NCBI GenBank assembly: GCA_963707025.1
Contig: CAVPOM010000008.1
Span: 116,560 to 180,559 of the forward strand
Direction of reading: 5' to 3'
Length of the DNA: 64,000 nucleotides
Source: an uncultured Verrucomicrobiae bacterium
GTDB lineage: Bacteria; Verrucomicrobiota; Verrucomicrobiia; Limisphaerales; Palsa-1400
The notes under the pieces were generated by a model. The model had not been told where the DNA came from, did no database searches, and saw only the letters and a program-made list of their open reading frames with translations. Position 1 is the first letter of the stretch; each line of letters opens with the position of its first letter. Position numbers and translations under genes: made by a program. This document shows positions 50,239-60,297 of this stretch, piece by piece.

Positions 50239-51120
50239 ATGAACCATGTCCGCGCTGTTTTTGCGGTGGAGAACTACGATCTGGCCGCCACCCTGGCGTC
50301 CGGCCAGGCCTTTCGCTGGCGACGGGGCCAAGAAGGGGGATGGACGGGGGTGGTGGGCGGGCGCTGGGTGCGGTTGCGCGCCGCCGCCGGCCAGATTGCG
50401 GCGCAAACAGCCGCGCCTGTGGCCGATTGGCAATGGCTGCGGCACTACCTGCAGTTGGAGGTCAACCTCCCGGAAGTTCTGGCCGTCTTTCCCCGCGACG
50501 ACGCGGCGCTGCAAGCCGCCGTGCGCGCCTGCGCCGGGCTGCGCGTGCTGCGGCAGGAACCATGGGAATGCCTGGCGTCATTCATCTGTTCGTCCACCAA
50601 ACAGATTGTGCAAATCGAACAAATCATCGCGCTGCTCTGCCGGCGCTTCGGCCAATCCCTGCCCGTTCCTCCCGGAGAGGAGCCGGCCCATTCGTTTCCG
50701 GGTTATGCGCAACTGGCGGAGGTTTCCGAATCGGACTTGCGGGGGTGCAAGCTGGGTTTTCGCGCGCCTTACCTTCGGGGCACGGCGCAAAAACTGGCCG
50801 GGGGCGAGGTGGACTTGGCCCGCCTTTTTGAGCTTTCCCTGGAGGAGGCGCGGGCCGAACTGCTCAAGCTGCCCGGTGTGGGGATGAAAATCGCCGACTG
50901 CGTTTTGCTGTTTGCCTATGGATTTGCGGAGGCTTTTCCCGTGGACGTGTGGATCCGCAAGGCGCTGCGCCGCCATTATTTCCCGCGCCGGAGCGTTTCG
51001 CCGGCGCGGCTGGGGCGGTTCATCCGCGCCCACTTTGGACCGCACGCCGGCTACGCGCAGCAGTATTTGTTTCATTACATGCGGGTGATGGAGAGGATGG
51101 GCGGCCATAAACCAGGCTGA
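50239..51120 (+). CDS. 8-oxoguanine DNA glycosylase (OGG1/AlkA HhH-GPD family)
   Basis: TLASGQAFRW, RQEPWECLASFICS, LPGVGMKIADCVLLF, FPVDVW. Confidence 0.88.
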   Translation: MNHVRAVFAVENYDLAATLASGQAFRWRRGQEGGWTGVVGGRWVRLRAAAGQIAAQTAAPVADWQWLRHYLQLEVNLPEVLAVFPRDDAALQAAVRACAGLRVLRQEPWECLASFICSSTKQIVQIEQIIALLCRRFGQSLPVPPGEEPAHSFPGYAQLAEVSESDLRGCKLGFRAPYLRGTAQKLAGGEVDLARLFELSLEEARAELLKLPGVGMKIADCVLLFAYGFAEAFPVDVWIRKALRRHYFPRRSVSPARLGRFIRAHFGPHAGYAQQYLFHYMRVMERMGGHKPG

Positions 51121-51200
51121 TTAGCTTGACGGCCTGCCCGGCAATACTTAGCGTTCCAAGCTCGGTTGGTCGGAATGACCAGCGAATCGAAAGGTATTTT

Positions 51201-52526
51201 GTGAATGTAACGGTAGAGATTTTGGCTCCCTGCAAAAGATTGATGCGAGTGGAGGTCGAACCCGCAAAGGTGGAGGAAACCTTTGAGGAAATTACCAGGG
51301 ATTATCAGCGCGGGGCGAGGTTCCCCGGTTTTCGTCCGGGCAAGGCCCCCAAGGAGATGGTGGCCAAACGGTTTGAATCGGAAATTCAAGATGAGGTCAA
51401 ACGCAAGTTGATCTCCGACTCCTACCGCCAGGCGGTCGCGGAGCAGAAAATCACCCCGGTGGTCGCCCCCGATATTGAGGAAGTCCAATTCACCCGCGGC
51501 CAGCCGCTCCATTTTGTCGCCACCCTGGAAACCGCGCCGGAATTTGAGCTGCCCGAATACAAGGGCCTGCGCGCCCAGCGGGAAGTCGGCGGCACCACCC
51601 CCGCGGACATCGAGCGGGCGTTGCAACTGTTTCGCGAGCGTCAAAAGACCTTTCTCACCGTGGATCGCGCCGTCAAGAGAGGGGACGTCGCGGTGGTCAA
51701 CTACACCGGGGCCTGCGAGGGCAAACCGATCACCGAGACGGCCCCCACCGCCAAGGGCCTGACGGAGAGCAAGGGTTTCTGGATCGAAACGGAGAAGGAT
51801 TCCTTCCTGCCCGGATTCAGCGGGCAATTGCTGGGGGCCAAGGCGGGGGAGAAACGAACCGTCACGATTGATTTCCCGGCCAATTTTATGCTGCCGGCGC
51901 TGGCGGGCAAAAAGGGCGTTTATGAGGTGGAATTGATTGAAGTCAAGGAGAAGATCTTGCCGGAATTGGACCAGAAGTTTGCCGAATCGTGGGGGGCCAA
52001 GGATCTGGAGACCTTGCGCGAAGGGGTGCGCGCCGATTTGCAAAACGAGTGGAACCAGACCCAGAACCGCAAAATCCGCCAGCAAGTCACCCAGGCCCTG
52101 CTGCAGAGCGTGCAGTGCGACCTGCCCGAAGCGGTGGTGACCGGGGAGACCCGCAATGTCGTGTATAATATTGTCAGCGACAACCAGCAGCGCGGCGTCT
52201 CCAAGGAGGCGCTGGACGCGGAAAAGGACAACATTTACGCCACGGCCAACAACGCGGCGCGGGAGCGGGTCAAGGCCATGTTTGTCTTTCAAAAGATTGC
52301 CGAAAAGGAAGGCATCCGGGTGGAACAAAGGGACATCCTGGGGCGGCTGCAGGCCCTGGCGGCCGAGAATAAAATGCCGGTCGAGAAGCTTTACCAGGAA
52401 CTGGAAAAGAACCGCCGCCTGGAAGAGGTGGTCCACCGCCCCATCCTCCACGACAAGGTGGTGGACCTTCTGGTGCAATACGCCAAGATCGAAGACGTCC
52501 TCGCCCCGGCCAAAACGGGCGCATAA
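51201..52526 (+). CDS. tig: Trigger factor
   Basis: GFRPGKAP ribosome-binding motif; FKBP domain FLPGFSGQLLG. Confidence 0.95.
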   Translation: MNVTVEILAPCKRLMRVEVEPAKVEETFEEITRDYQRGARFPGFRPGKAPKEMVAKRFESEIQDEVKRKLISDSYRQAVAEQKITPVVAPDIEEVQFTRGQPLHFVATLETAPEFELPEYKGLRAQREVGGTTPADIERALQLFRERQKTFLTVDRAVKRGDVAVVNYTGACEGKPITETAPTAKGLTESKGFWIETEKDSFLPGFSGQLLGAKAGEKRTVTIDFPANFMLPALAGKKGVYEVELIEVKEKILPELDQKFAESWGAKDLETLREGVRADLQNEWNQTQNRKIRQQVTQALLQSVQCDLPEAVVTGETRNVVYNIVSDNQQRGVSKEALDAEKDNIYATANNAARERVKAMFVFQKIAEKEGIRVEQRDILGRLQALAAENKMPVEKLYQELEKNRRLEEVVHRPILHDKVVDLLVQYAKIEDVLAPAKTGA

Positions 52527-52540
52527 AGGGGCTCGCCCTG

Positions 52541-52852
52541 TCAGTGAAGGTAGGCGCAGTCGCCTGGCGCCAGTTTTCGTAGCGCCGATAATACGATATC
52601 CGCCTTGACGCGCAGCACGGTCCAGTCGTTGGTAGGCAGGACCAGGATGGCCAGTTTTCGTCCAGCAAGGTTTTGTTGATATTTAAGATTTTTGTCGCTT
52701 GTCACAAATACATCGAATTGCGTTTCAGCCGCACGAAGCAGATCGCCGTTTTTTAATTGCCCCCAGCCCATTTCCTGGGCCGTTCGGACTTTGCAGCCTG
52801 TGAGATGCTCTCGCAGCGGACGCGGAACACAGGCGTCGAGCAGCACGTTCAT
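52541..52852 (-). CDS. DUF5615 PIN-like toxin (VapC45-like)
   Basis: VLLDACVP, GQLKNGDLL, FVTSDKNLKYQQNL. Confidence 0.85.
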   Translation of the reverse strand: MNVLLDACVPRPLREHLTGCKVRTAQEMGWGQLKNGDLLRAAETQFDVFVTSDKNLKYQQNLAGRKLAILVLPTNDWTVLRVKADIVLSALRKLAPGDCAYLH

Positions 52853-53082
52853 GCCGCGGTTTTAAAGAGTGACTTGTGGGCGTAAACCAGAACAGCCACC
52901 GCTTGCTCCCGGGTGACTTCAGGAAAGCACTCCAAATAAGCATCGAGACTCAGTCCGCTTTCCAAATTTGTGAAGAGGCTGTCCACCGGGACGCGCGTGC
53001 CCTTGAAGCATGGCGCGCCGCTCATCCGTTCCCGATCCACCCAAATGGGAAGTTCAGGCGGGAAGCTGAGTTTGGACTTCAT
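52849..53082 (-). CDS. DUF433 antitoxin
   Basis: SGAPCFKGTRVPV, YLECFPEV; ATGA overlap with the toxin gene. Confidence 0.88.
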   Translation of the reverse strand: MKSKLSFPPELPIWVDRERMSGAPCFKGTRVPVDSLFTNLESGLSLDAYLECFPEVTREQAVAVLVYAHKSLFKTAA

Positions 53083-53136
53083 CTTGCGTCAATATAGCAG
53101 GTAAACCATTTTTGTCAGGGCCATTTTCCGGCCTCC

Positions 53137-54876
53137 CTACATCTGCTCGGTGGTGGCGATGCCGAGGGCGTCGAGACCTTGCTGGAGGACGCGCGAGGTG
53201 AGATCGCACAGGGCCAGGCGCGTCGCGCGGGCGCCGCCTTCCGCCTTGAGCACCGGGCAGTTCTCATAGAAGCGGGCAAAATCCCCCGCCAAATCATAAA
53301 GGTAGGCGCACAGGAAATTCGGGCGGTACTCATCGGCCACGGTTTCCAAAACCAGCCCGAAATCCAGGAGCCGCCGCGCCAAAACAATTTCTTCCCGCGC
53401 CCCCAGCACCAGGCCGGGCGCGGAGGCGGCCGCGTCCGCCGCGCCCTCGCCGCCTTTGCGAAAAATGCTGCGCGTGCGGGTGTAGGCGTATAACAGATAC
53501 GGAGCCGTGTTCCCTGAGAACGAGAGCATTTTGTCCCAACTGAATACATAATCGCTCTGCCGGTTTTGGGAAAGGTCGGCGTACTTGATCGCGCCCAGGC
53601 CCACAGTGCGCGCGATCTGACGCCGCGTCGCTTCCGCCCATTCCGGGTGTTTTGCCGAGACGACTTGAAAGGCGCGCTCCTCCGCTTCGTCCAGCAAATC
53701 TTCCAGGCGCACCGTTTGGCCCGAGCGGGTCTGGAACGGTTTGCCGTTTTCGCCCAGGATGGAGCCGAACCAGACATGGGCCAGCTTGACGCGCGCCTCC
53801 GGATGCCAGCGGCGGAAGACGGTGAAAAGCTGTTTGAAATGAAGCTGCTGGCGCCCGTCGGTGACGTAGATGATTTCGTCCGGCGGCCCGTTGCCGCAAC
53901 CGCCCTCCATGCGGAATTGCAGCGTGGCCAGATCGGTGGTGGTGTAGTTGAAGGCGCCGTCGCTTTTTTGCACCAGGGCCGGCTGCCCCTTCAGTTCGGG
54001 CACGTCGTCGAAAAAGACGGCCATGGCCCCTTCGCTCTGCCGTGCCAGGCCGCGCCGCTGCAAGTCCTCCACCACCGATTGCAGGCGCGGGTTGTAATGG
54101 CTCTCGCCAAAAGTGTGATCGAACTTGACCCCCAGGCGGGCATAAACCCGTTCGAACTGCTCCTGGGAAAGGGCGATCATCTGCCGCCAGATGCGCAAGT
54201 TCTCCGGGTCACCGGCTTGCAGTTTGACCAGTTCCTGGCGCGCGTTTTCCAGTATTTTTGGGTCCTGTTCGCAGGCGGCGTTGATCAGTTGGTAGAGGCG
54301 TTCCATTTCCGCGATGGGGTCGCGCGCCAGGGCGGCGGCATCGAGCCGGGTTTTCCAGCCGGCAATCAATTTGCCAAACTGCGTGCCCCAATCGCCCAGA
54401 TGATTGTCCGTCATCACCCGGTGTCCCAGCAGCCTGGACACCCTGGCCAGCGCATCCCCCAATATGGTCGAGCGAATGTGCCCGACGTGCATCGGTTTGG
54501 CCGCGTTGGGGGAACTGAAATCAAGGATGATGGCGCGGGGCCGCTCCGTTTTCTCCACCAAGGCCCGCCCGCCGTCCGCCACGCTTTGCAGGGCTTGGGC
54601 GATGGCCGGGATTTTGAGCCGGAAATTCAGAAAGCCGGCCCCGGCCATTTCCACCGGCTCGCACCACTCCTCCACGTCCAGCCGGGCCGCCACCTCCGCG
54701 GCCAATTGGCGCGGATTGAGCTTGCGCGCCTTGGCCAGCGCCATGAGCGCATTGGCCTGGTAATCGCCGAAGCGCGGGTCCGGGCAGGGGCGCACCCGCA
54801 CCGCGCTGGCGTCCGCGTCCGGCAGGAGGGCGGCCACCGCCTGTTGCAGTCTTTGCTCGAGAACTTTGTGAAGCAC
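53137..54876 (-). CDS. argS: Arginine--tRNA ligase
   Basis: FGDYQAN, SSPNAAKPMHVGHIRS, GDWGTQFG, GNTAPYLLYAYTR. Confidence 0.97.
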   Translation of the reverse strand: MLHKVLEQRLQQAVAALLPDADASAVRVRPCPDPRFGDYQANALMALAKARKLNPRQLAAEVAARLDVEEWCEPVEMAGAGFLNFRLKIPAIAQALQSVADGGRALVEKTERPRAIILDFSSPNAAKPMHVGHIRSTILGDALARVSRLLGHRVMTDNHLGDWGTQFGKLIAGWKTRLDAAALARDPIAEMERLYQLINAACEQDPKILENARQELVKLQAGDPENLRIWRQMIALSQEQFERVYARLGVKFDHTFGESHYNPRLQSVVEDLQRRGLARQSEGAMAVFFDDVPELKGQPALVQKSDGAFNYTTTDLATLQFRMEGGCGNGPPDEIIYVTDGRQQLHFKQLFTVFRRWHPEARVKLAHVWFGSILGENGKPFQTRSGQTVRLEDLLDEAEERAFQVVSAKHPEWAEATRRQIARTVGLGAIKYADLSQNRQSDYVFSWDKMLSFSGNTAPYLLYAYTRTRSIFRKGGEGAADAAASAPGLVLGAREEIVLARRLLDFGLVLETVADEYRPNFLCAYLYDLAGDFARFYENCPVLKAEGGARATRLALCDLTSRVLQQGLDALGIATTEQM

Positions 54877-54956
54877 AATAAAACCTCAATGGGGCCGGGC
54901 CGCCCGTGGTCCCGCGCCATGCCGGGCGATGGGAGAGAGGCCCGGCCCCGGCAAAA

Positions 54957-55427
54957 TCAATGGGCCGCCGAGTATTTGAGGATGACCTGGAACATGGCCT
55001 GCGCGTCGGGGGCTTGTTCGAGTTCCTGGCGAAATTCTTTGATGTGCAGAAGTTTGGCGATGCTGGCCAGGGTGTGGAGATGTCTTTGAAACTGCCCCTG
55101 GGGCACCAAAAAGAGCATCACCAAATTGACCGGTTGATTATCCAGCGCGTCAAAATTGATCCCCTTGCTCGAACGTCCCAGCGCCCCCACCACTTCCGGA
55201 ATAAGATCCGTGGAGGCGTGCGGGATGCCGATGCCAAAACCGATGCCGGTGCTCATGGACGATTCCCGTTTCTTGACAACGCCAGTGATGGCCTGGCGGT
55301 TCTCCTCCTTGATTCTGCCGGTGGCGATAAGATTGCCCACCAAATCATCAATGGCGGCCCAGCGGTCCGCCGCCTGCATCTCGGGCAGAATGTTGCTGGG
55401 ACCGGTCAGTATATCAGCAAGGTTCAT
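54957..55427 (-). CDS. PTS IIA component (PtsN/fructose-type)
   Basis: KRESSMSTGIGFGIGIPHA, FDALDNQPV. Confidence 0.9.
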   Translation of the reverse strand: MNLADILTGPSNILPEMQAADRWAAIDDLVGNLIATGRIKEENRQAITGVVKKRESSMSTGIGFGIGIPHASTDLIPEVVGALGRSSKGINFDALDNQPVNLVMLFLVPQGQFQRHLHTLASIAKLLHIKEFRQELEQAPDAQAMFQVILKYSAAH

Positions 55428-55607
55428 AAAATCGCTGGGCCATTTCGCCTGATTTGCCGTTTCATTTCAAGACCAATCGGCATTTTTTAACTGTTTGTGG
55501 CCCATCCGGCCATCCCCGTCGTGCCGCATCGCGCCTCCCCTTGGGCCGCAGAAGGCCGGTTACTCAACGCTGGCAAACTTCCTCCGTTTGTGTCATTGCT
55601 GTGGCCC

Positions 55608-56837
55608 ATGAAAACGTTCGATGAGGCCTTGGCCGCGCGTTTGATTGATTTGCGCGAGCAGGGGTTGTATCGCGAATTGCGCCGCGTGGACTCACCCCAG
55701 TCCACCCGCATCCAGATCGCCGGCCAAACCCTCCTCAACTTTTCCTCCAACGATTACCTCGGCCTGGCCAATGACCCGGCGCTCAAAGCCGCCGCCACCG
55801 CCGCCGTGGAAAAATATGGGGCCGGCTCCGGCGCCTCGCGGCTGGTGTGCGGCTCCCTGGCCCCGCATCACGAACTGGATGAAACCCTCGCCGCCTTCAA
55901 AGGGACTCCCGCCGCCCTGTCCTTCTCCTCCGGTTACGCCGCCGCCCTCGGCACCATTTGCGCCCTGCTCGACAGCAACAACGTCATCCTGGTGGACAAG
56001 CTGGTCCACGCCTGCATCGTGGATGCGGCGCGTCTTTCCCGCGCCAAAATGCGCGTCTTCGGCCACAACGATCTCAACGCCGTGGAAAGAATCCTGCGCT
56101 GGGCCGACCGCCGCCACAGGGCGGCGGCGGAGAGCGCCATCCAGCCGCGCACGCTCATCGTCACGGAAAGTATTTTTTCGATGGACGGCGACCAGGCGCC
56201 CCTGCGGGAATTATTCGAGCTGAAGGAAAAGTACGGGGCGTGGCTGATGGTGGATGAAGCCCACGCCACCGGGATTTTTGGGGATCGGCGGCGCGGTTTG
56301 GCCGAGGAAACCGGCATCGCCCAGAAGGTGGAAATTCAAATGGGCACGCTGGGAAAAGCGCTCGGATCCTCCGGCGGTTACATCTGCGGTTCGCGCGCCC
56401 TGATTGATTGCCTGATCAACCGCGCGCGCAGTTTCGTCTTCTCCACCGCGCCCGTGCCGGCGGCGGCGGCGGCGGCGGCGGCCGGAGCGCGTTTTGCGCA
56501 AAGCGCGGCCGGCGAAGAACGGTGCCGCCAGCTTTGGGCCAATGTGGCGGCGGTCTCCGCGCACCGCGCGCTGGCCCGCAAAGGCACGCCCCTGGCGGAG
56601 CGGCGCGCCAAAACCGCCGCCATTATTCCGATCGTGATCGGAGACGAGACCAAGGCGATGGACCTGGCGCGCCGCTTGCGGGAACAGGGCGTTTTCATTC
56701 CGGCCATCCGTTTTCCCACGGTGGCGCGGGGCGCGGCCCGCCTGCGCCTGACCCTCAGCGCCGCCCACACCCCGGCCGAAATCGCGCAAATGCTGGCCGC
56801 GCTGGATTCGGTCTTGAACTCCAACCCCTCCTCTTGA
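55608..56837 (+). CDS. bioF: 8-amino-7-oxononanoate synthase
   Basis: FSSNDYLGLA, GSGASRL, ESIFSMDGD, DEAHATG, GTLGKALG. Confidence 0.95.
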   Translation: MKTFDEALAARLIDLREQGLYRELRRVDSPQSTRIQIAGQTLLNFSSNDYLGLANDPALKAAATAAVEKYGAGSGASRLVCGSLAPHHELDETLAAFKGTPAALSFSSGYAAALGTICALLDSNNVILVDKLVHACIVDAARLSRAKMRVFGHNDLNAVERILRWADRRHRAAAESAIQPRTLIVTESIFSMDGDQAPLRELFELKEKYGAWLMVDEAHATGIFGDRRRGLAEETGIAQKVEIQMGTLGKALGSSGGYICGSRALIDCLINRARSFVFSTAPVPAAAAAAAAGARFAQSAAGEERCRQLWANVAAVSAHRALARKGTPLAERRAKTAAIIPIVIGDETKAMDLARRLREQGVFIPAIRFPTVARGAARLRLTLSAAHTPAEIAQMLAALDSVLNSNPSS

Positions 56838-58282
56838 AATCCGCCCAAACCGCCCTCGCCCAACTGGATCACCGCTACCTCTGGCATCCCTTCACCCAAA
56901 TGCGGGACTGGCTCCGGCGCGCGCCGATTATGATTGTGGCGGGTCGCGGGGCGGTGCTGCGCGACGCCGCCGGCCGCGAGTATCTGGATGCCAATTCCTC
57001 CATCTGGACCAACCTCCACGGCCACGCCCATCCCAAAATCAACGCCGCCCTCCGCCGCCAGCTCAAAAAAATCGCCCACTCCTCCGCCCTCGGCCTGGCC
57101 AGCGAACCCGCCTCGCTCCTCGCGCAAAAGCTCATCCAATCCGCCGGCCGTTTCCGCGCGCCTGCCGTCGCGGCCCGCCCCGTCCGGCCTCCATTGGCCC
57201 GCGTGTTTTTTTCCGACGACGGCGCGACCGCCATGGAGGTGGCGCTGAAACTGGCCTTCCAATTCGCGCGCCGCACCGGGCGCAGCCGGCGCCCGAAGTT
57301 TCTCTGCCTGGATTCCGCCTATCACGGCGACACCGTTGGGGCGGCCAGCCTCGGCCACATTGATTTGTTTCACCACAGTTACGCCGGCTTGCTTTTCAAA
57401 ACCGGCCAAGTCATGTCCCCATACTGTTATCGCTGCCCCTTCAACCGCGCCCAACCGGAGCGGGCCGACGCCCGGGAATACCGCCAATGCCATTGGGAAT
57501 GCGTGGGCCAAGTCGAGCAGAAATTCGCCGCGCAGAAGAAGAAAGGCGATCCATACGCCGCCTTTGTTTTTGAGCCCCTCATCCAGGGCGCGGCCGGCAT
57601 GATCCCGCAGCCTTCCGGCTGGCTGGGAAGGGTGGCGGAAATCGCCCGCGGCCACGGGGCCCAATTGATTGCCGACGAAGTGATGACCGCTTTTGGCCGC
57701 GCCAGCGTGAGCGTCCCAAGCCTGCTGGCCTGCCACCAGGAAAACGTGCATCCCGATTACGCGGCCCTGGCCAAGGGGCTGACCGGCGGCTACCTGCCTC
57801 TGGCCGCCACCCTGACCACGCGCGAGGTTTTCGAGGCCTTTCTCGGCGAATACGGCGAGTTCAAAACATTCTTTCACGGCCACAGTTTCACGGGCAATCA
57901 ACTGGGAGCGGCGGCGGCGCTGGCCAGCCTGGAAATCCTGGAATCGCCCGCCAGCCTCGCCGCCCGTCAGGCGCTGGAGAAAATTTTGCGGGAAGAACTA
58001 AAAACGCTCTGGCCGCTCCCGCAAGTGGGCGACATCCGCCAGGTTGGATTGGTCGCGGGAGTGGAACTGGTCAAAAACTGGAAGACCCGCGAAGCCTGGC
58101 CGTTGCGCGAGCAGACCGGCATCCGCGTCTGCGCCGCCATGGCCCGGCGCGGCGTGCTGACCCGTCCGGTCGGCAACGTCATTGTCCTGATGCCTCCGTA
58201 TTGCACCAGCAGAATTCAGGCGCAAAAAATGGTCAGGGCGCTGGGTGAGTCGGTTGGGGAGACGCTGGGGAAGGGGGGTTAA
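56834..58282 (+). CDS. bioA: Adenosylmethionine-8-amino-7-oxononanoate transaminase
   Basis: LWHPFTQM, SSIWTNLHGH, AYHGDTVGA, ADEVMTAFGR, AKGLTGGYLPL, FFHGHSFTGN; TTG start overlaps the bioF stop. Confidence 0.95.
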   Translation: MKSAQTALAQLDHRYLWHPFTQMRDWLRRAPIMIVAGRGAVLRDAAGREYLDANSSIWTNLHGHAHPKINAALRRQLKKIAHSSALGLASEPASLLAQKLIQSAGRFRAPAVAARPVRPPLARVFFSDDGATAMEVALKLAFQFARRTGRSRRPKFLCLDSAYHGDTVGAASLGHIDLFHHSYAGLLFKTGQVMSPYCYRCPFNRAQPERADAREYRQCHWECVGQVEQKFAAQKKKGDPYAAFVFEPLIQGAAGMIPQPSGWLGRVAEIARGHGAQLIADEVMTAFGRASVSVPSLLACHQENVHPDYAALAKGLTGGYLPLAATLTTREVFEAFLGEYGEFKTFFHGHSFTGNQLGAAAALASLEILESPASLAARQALEKILREELKTLWPLPQVGDIRQVGLVAGVELVKNWKTREAWPLREQTGIRVCAAMARRGVLTRPVGNVIVLMPPYCTSRIQAQKMVRALGESVGETLGKGG

Positions 58283-58841
58283 CTGGCGCAGCCCGCCCCG
58301 GTTTGAAGCTGGCGTTGCGCAACGCGGTTTCGATTGTCTTCCGGTCGTTCTCCGGCATGGTGGGCGCCGCTTTGCGCATCATTTGCACAAACCAGTCCAC
58401 CTCAGCCGGTTCATTGGGATAGCCGATGTTGGCGTTGCCGGAGTTGGAAGCGGACGGACATTTGGAATTGACGATGAGGGAACCCTGCGCATCCAGGAAG
58501 GCGGAATAGGGAAGCCCCGCCAGTGCGCCGCCGAGCTTTTCCATGAGGACATCCGCCCCCGGGTTTTCCAGCAATTTGTTCGTTGGACTCTCCATAACCA
58601 CGAGCTTGACCGGGACAAAATACTTCTCGAAAACGGGTTTGATGTCGGCCCGGTCCAGAAAGGCGTCCAACTGCTTGCACCAACCGCACCAAGACGCGCC
58701 GAAGTGGACGAAGATGGTTTTTTGTTCAGCCGCCGCCCTGGCCTTGGCCACCGTTAATACTTTGTCGGCCGATGGCGGGTCGGCAAAGGCTGCCGGCGGC
58801 GCGAAAGAGAACACAACCAGAAAAAAAGAGAGCGACTTCAT
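58233..58841 (-). CDS. Exported thioredoxin-family protein
   Basis: Signal peptide MKSLSFFLVVF...AFA; HFGASWCGWCK (CxxC). Confidence 0.85.
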   Translation of the reverse strand: MKSLSFFLVVFSFAPPAAFADPPSADKVLTVAKARAAAEQKTIFVHFGASWCGWCKQLDAFLDRADIKPVFEKYFVPVKLVVMESPTNKLLENPGADVLMEKLGGALAGLPYSAFLDAQGSLIVNSKCPSASNSGNANIGYPNEPAEVDWFVQMMRKAAPTMPENDRKTIETALRNASFKPGRAAPVNPPSPASPQPTHPAP

Positions 58842-58972
58842 GGGTCGTTTCGTACGCCCGGACGGGATTGAAATCAAGTCGAATCCAGGCCTGCCATTGT
58901 GCCGGCTGGGAATTTGAAGATCGCATCCTGCAAATCGGTGGCGTTCCTCTGGAAAGCCGGCTGGAGTCCCTG

Positions 58973-59614
58973 TTAATCCTCCTTCGGCTCCAGCTTGGCA
59001 ATGGCCGCCATGATTTCTTCTGCCACCTCCTGATAAATCGCTTTGACACGAGGCTTGGCGCACGCGCGGGCCTCGGCGCGCCGGGCCGCGAAGTCCATCG
59101 GCCGGCCATACTTGACCGTCAGCCGCCGCCGCGGACGGGGCCAGCATTGCCGCCGGCCATAAGCCTGGTAGGTGCCGAACAGCCGCACCGGCACGACCGG
59201 CGCGGTGGATTTGATCACCGCCAGGCCGAGGCCGGCACGGGCCGGTTGCAGTTGGCCGTCCGGCGTGCGCGTGCCTTCCGGAAACAGGAGGATGGCGCCG
59301 CCGCCTTCCAGCCGCTCCAGGATGGCTTTGAACCCGCCGCCGGTCCCGCCGTCGCGGTCCACCGCCACCACCTCCCAGGAACGGAGAATGGCGGCCAGGA
59401 TCGGAACACGGAACAGCGAGGCGCGGGCCAGATAGCTGATGGGCCGATTCAAGCCGGCCCCCGCCAGCGGCGGGTCTATATAACTGGCGTGGTTGCACGC
59501 GAGAATGACCGGACCGGACTCCGGCACCCGTTCCGCATTGAACACCCGCCAGCCAAAATAGAAGCGGAACAGGCCGCGGAAAAAATGCCAGCCGATTTTG
59601 TAGCTGGGGTTCAT
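58973..59614 (-). CDS. plsC: 1-acyl-sn-glycerol-3-phosphate acyltransferase
   Basis: CNHASYIDP, LFPEGTRT. Confidence 0.9.
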   Translation of the reverse strand: MNPSYKIGWHFFRGLFRFYFGWRVFNAERVPESGPVILACNHASYIDPPLAGAGLNRPISYLARASLFRVPILAAILRSWEVVAVDRDGGTGGGFKAILERLEGGGAILLFPEGTRTPDGQLQPARAGLGLAVIKSTAPVVPVRLFGTYQAYGRRQCWPRPRRRLTVKYGRPMDFAARRAEARACAKPRVKAIYQEVAEEIMAAIAKLEPKED

Positions 59615-60279
59615 TTCGGCGGACGGGACGGGAACCCGGCAAGCTTCTGCCTGACCTCGTTGAGAATGAGCGCGCTGGTCTCCTCGGCGGTCATGCGGGA
59701 GTTGTTGATCACCGTTGCGCCCAGCGCGATCATCAAGGGCGCCGCGGCCCGCTCGCTGTCGCGTTGATCGCGCGCCGCCAGATTCTCGCGGACCCCCTCG
59801 GCCGCCCGCCGCTGGGAGCGTTCCTGCAGGCTGGCGTCGAGGTAGAATTTGAAAGCGGTTTCGGGAAATACATGGGTCCCAATGTCGCGGCCTTCCATCA
59901 CCAGGTTGCCGAACTTGACGCACTCCCGCTGCTGGCCCTTCATCCATCGGCGCACGGCGGGCACGGCGGCAACGTGGGGCACGGCGGCGCTGACTTCGGC
60001 GGTGCGGATTTCCTTTTCCGGGTAGTAACTGTTGACGCGCAGAATCACCTGGCGGTCCACGCATTGCAGCGAGGTCTTCCATTTGCGGCAGAGAGCGGCC
60101 ACGGCTTTGGCATCGTGCGGATCCACCCCTTGTTGCAAGGCATGCCAGGCCAGCGTGCGATACATCGCCCCGGTATCCACGTAAATGTAGCCCAGCTCCC
60201 GCGCCACCCGTTTGGCGTTGGTGCTTTTGCCGGAGGCGCTGGTGCCGTCTATGGCGATGACGAGATTGGGTGTATTCAA
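59611..60279 (-). CDS. cmk: Cytidylate kinase
   Basis: IAIDGTSASGKST, DTGAMYR, MEGRDIGTHVFP. Confidence 0.95.
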   Translation of the reverse strand: MNTPNLVIAIDGTSASGKSTNAKRVARELGYIYVDTGAMYRTLAWHALQQGVDPHDAKAVAALCRKWKTSLQCVDRQVILRVNSYYPEKEIRTAEVSAAVPHVAAVPAVRRWMKGQQRECVKFGNLVMEGRDIGTHVFPETAFKFYLDASLQERSQRRAAEGVRENLAARDQRDSERAAAPLMIALGATVINNSRMTAEETSALILNEVRQKLAGFPSRPPK

Positions 60280-60297
60280 GTGTTTGACAGGATTGGG

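Noticed and set aside
56458..56482. (GCG)n run
   Set aside because: Encodes poly-Ala inside bioF; in frame, so not a phase-variation tract.
58233..59642. 469-aa ORF
   Set aside because: Only the last ~202 aa (from ATG 58841) are thioredoxin-like; the rest overlaps plsC in another frame.
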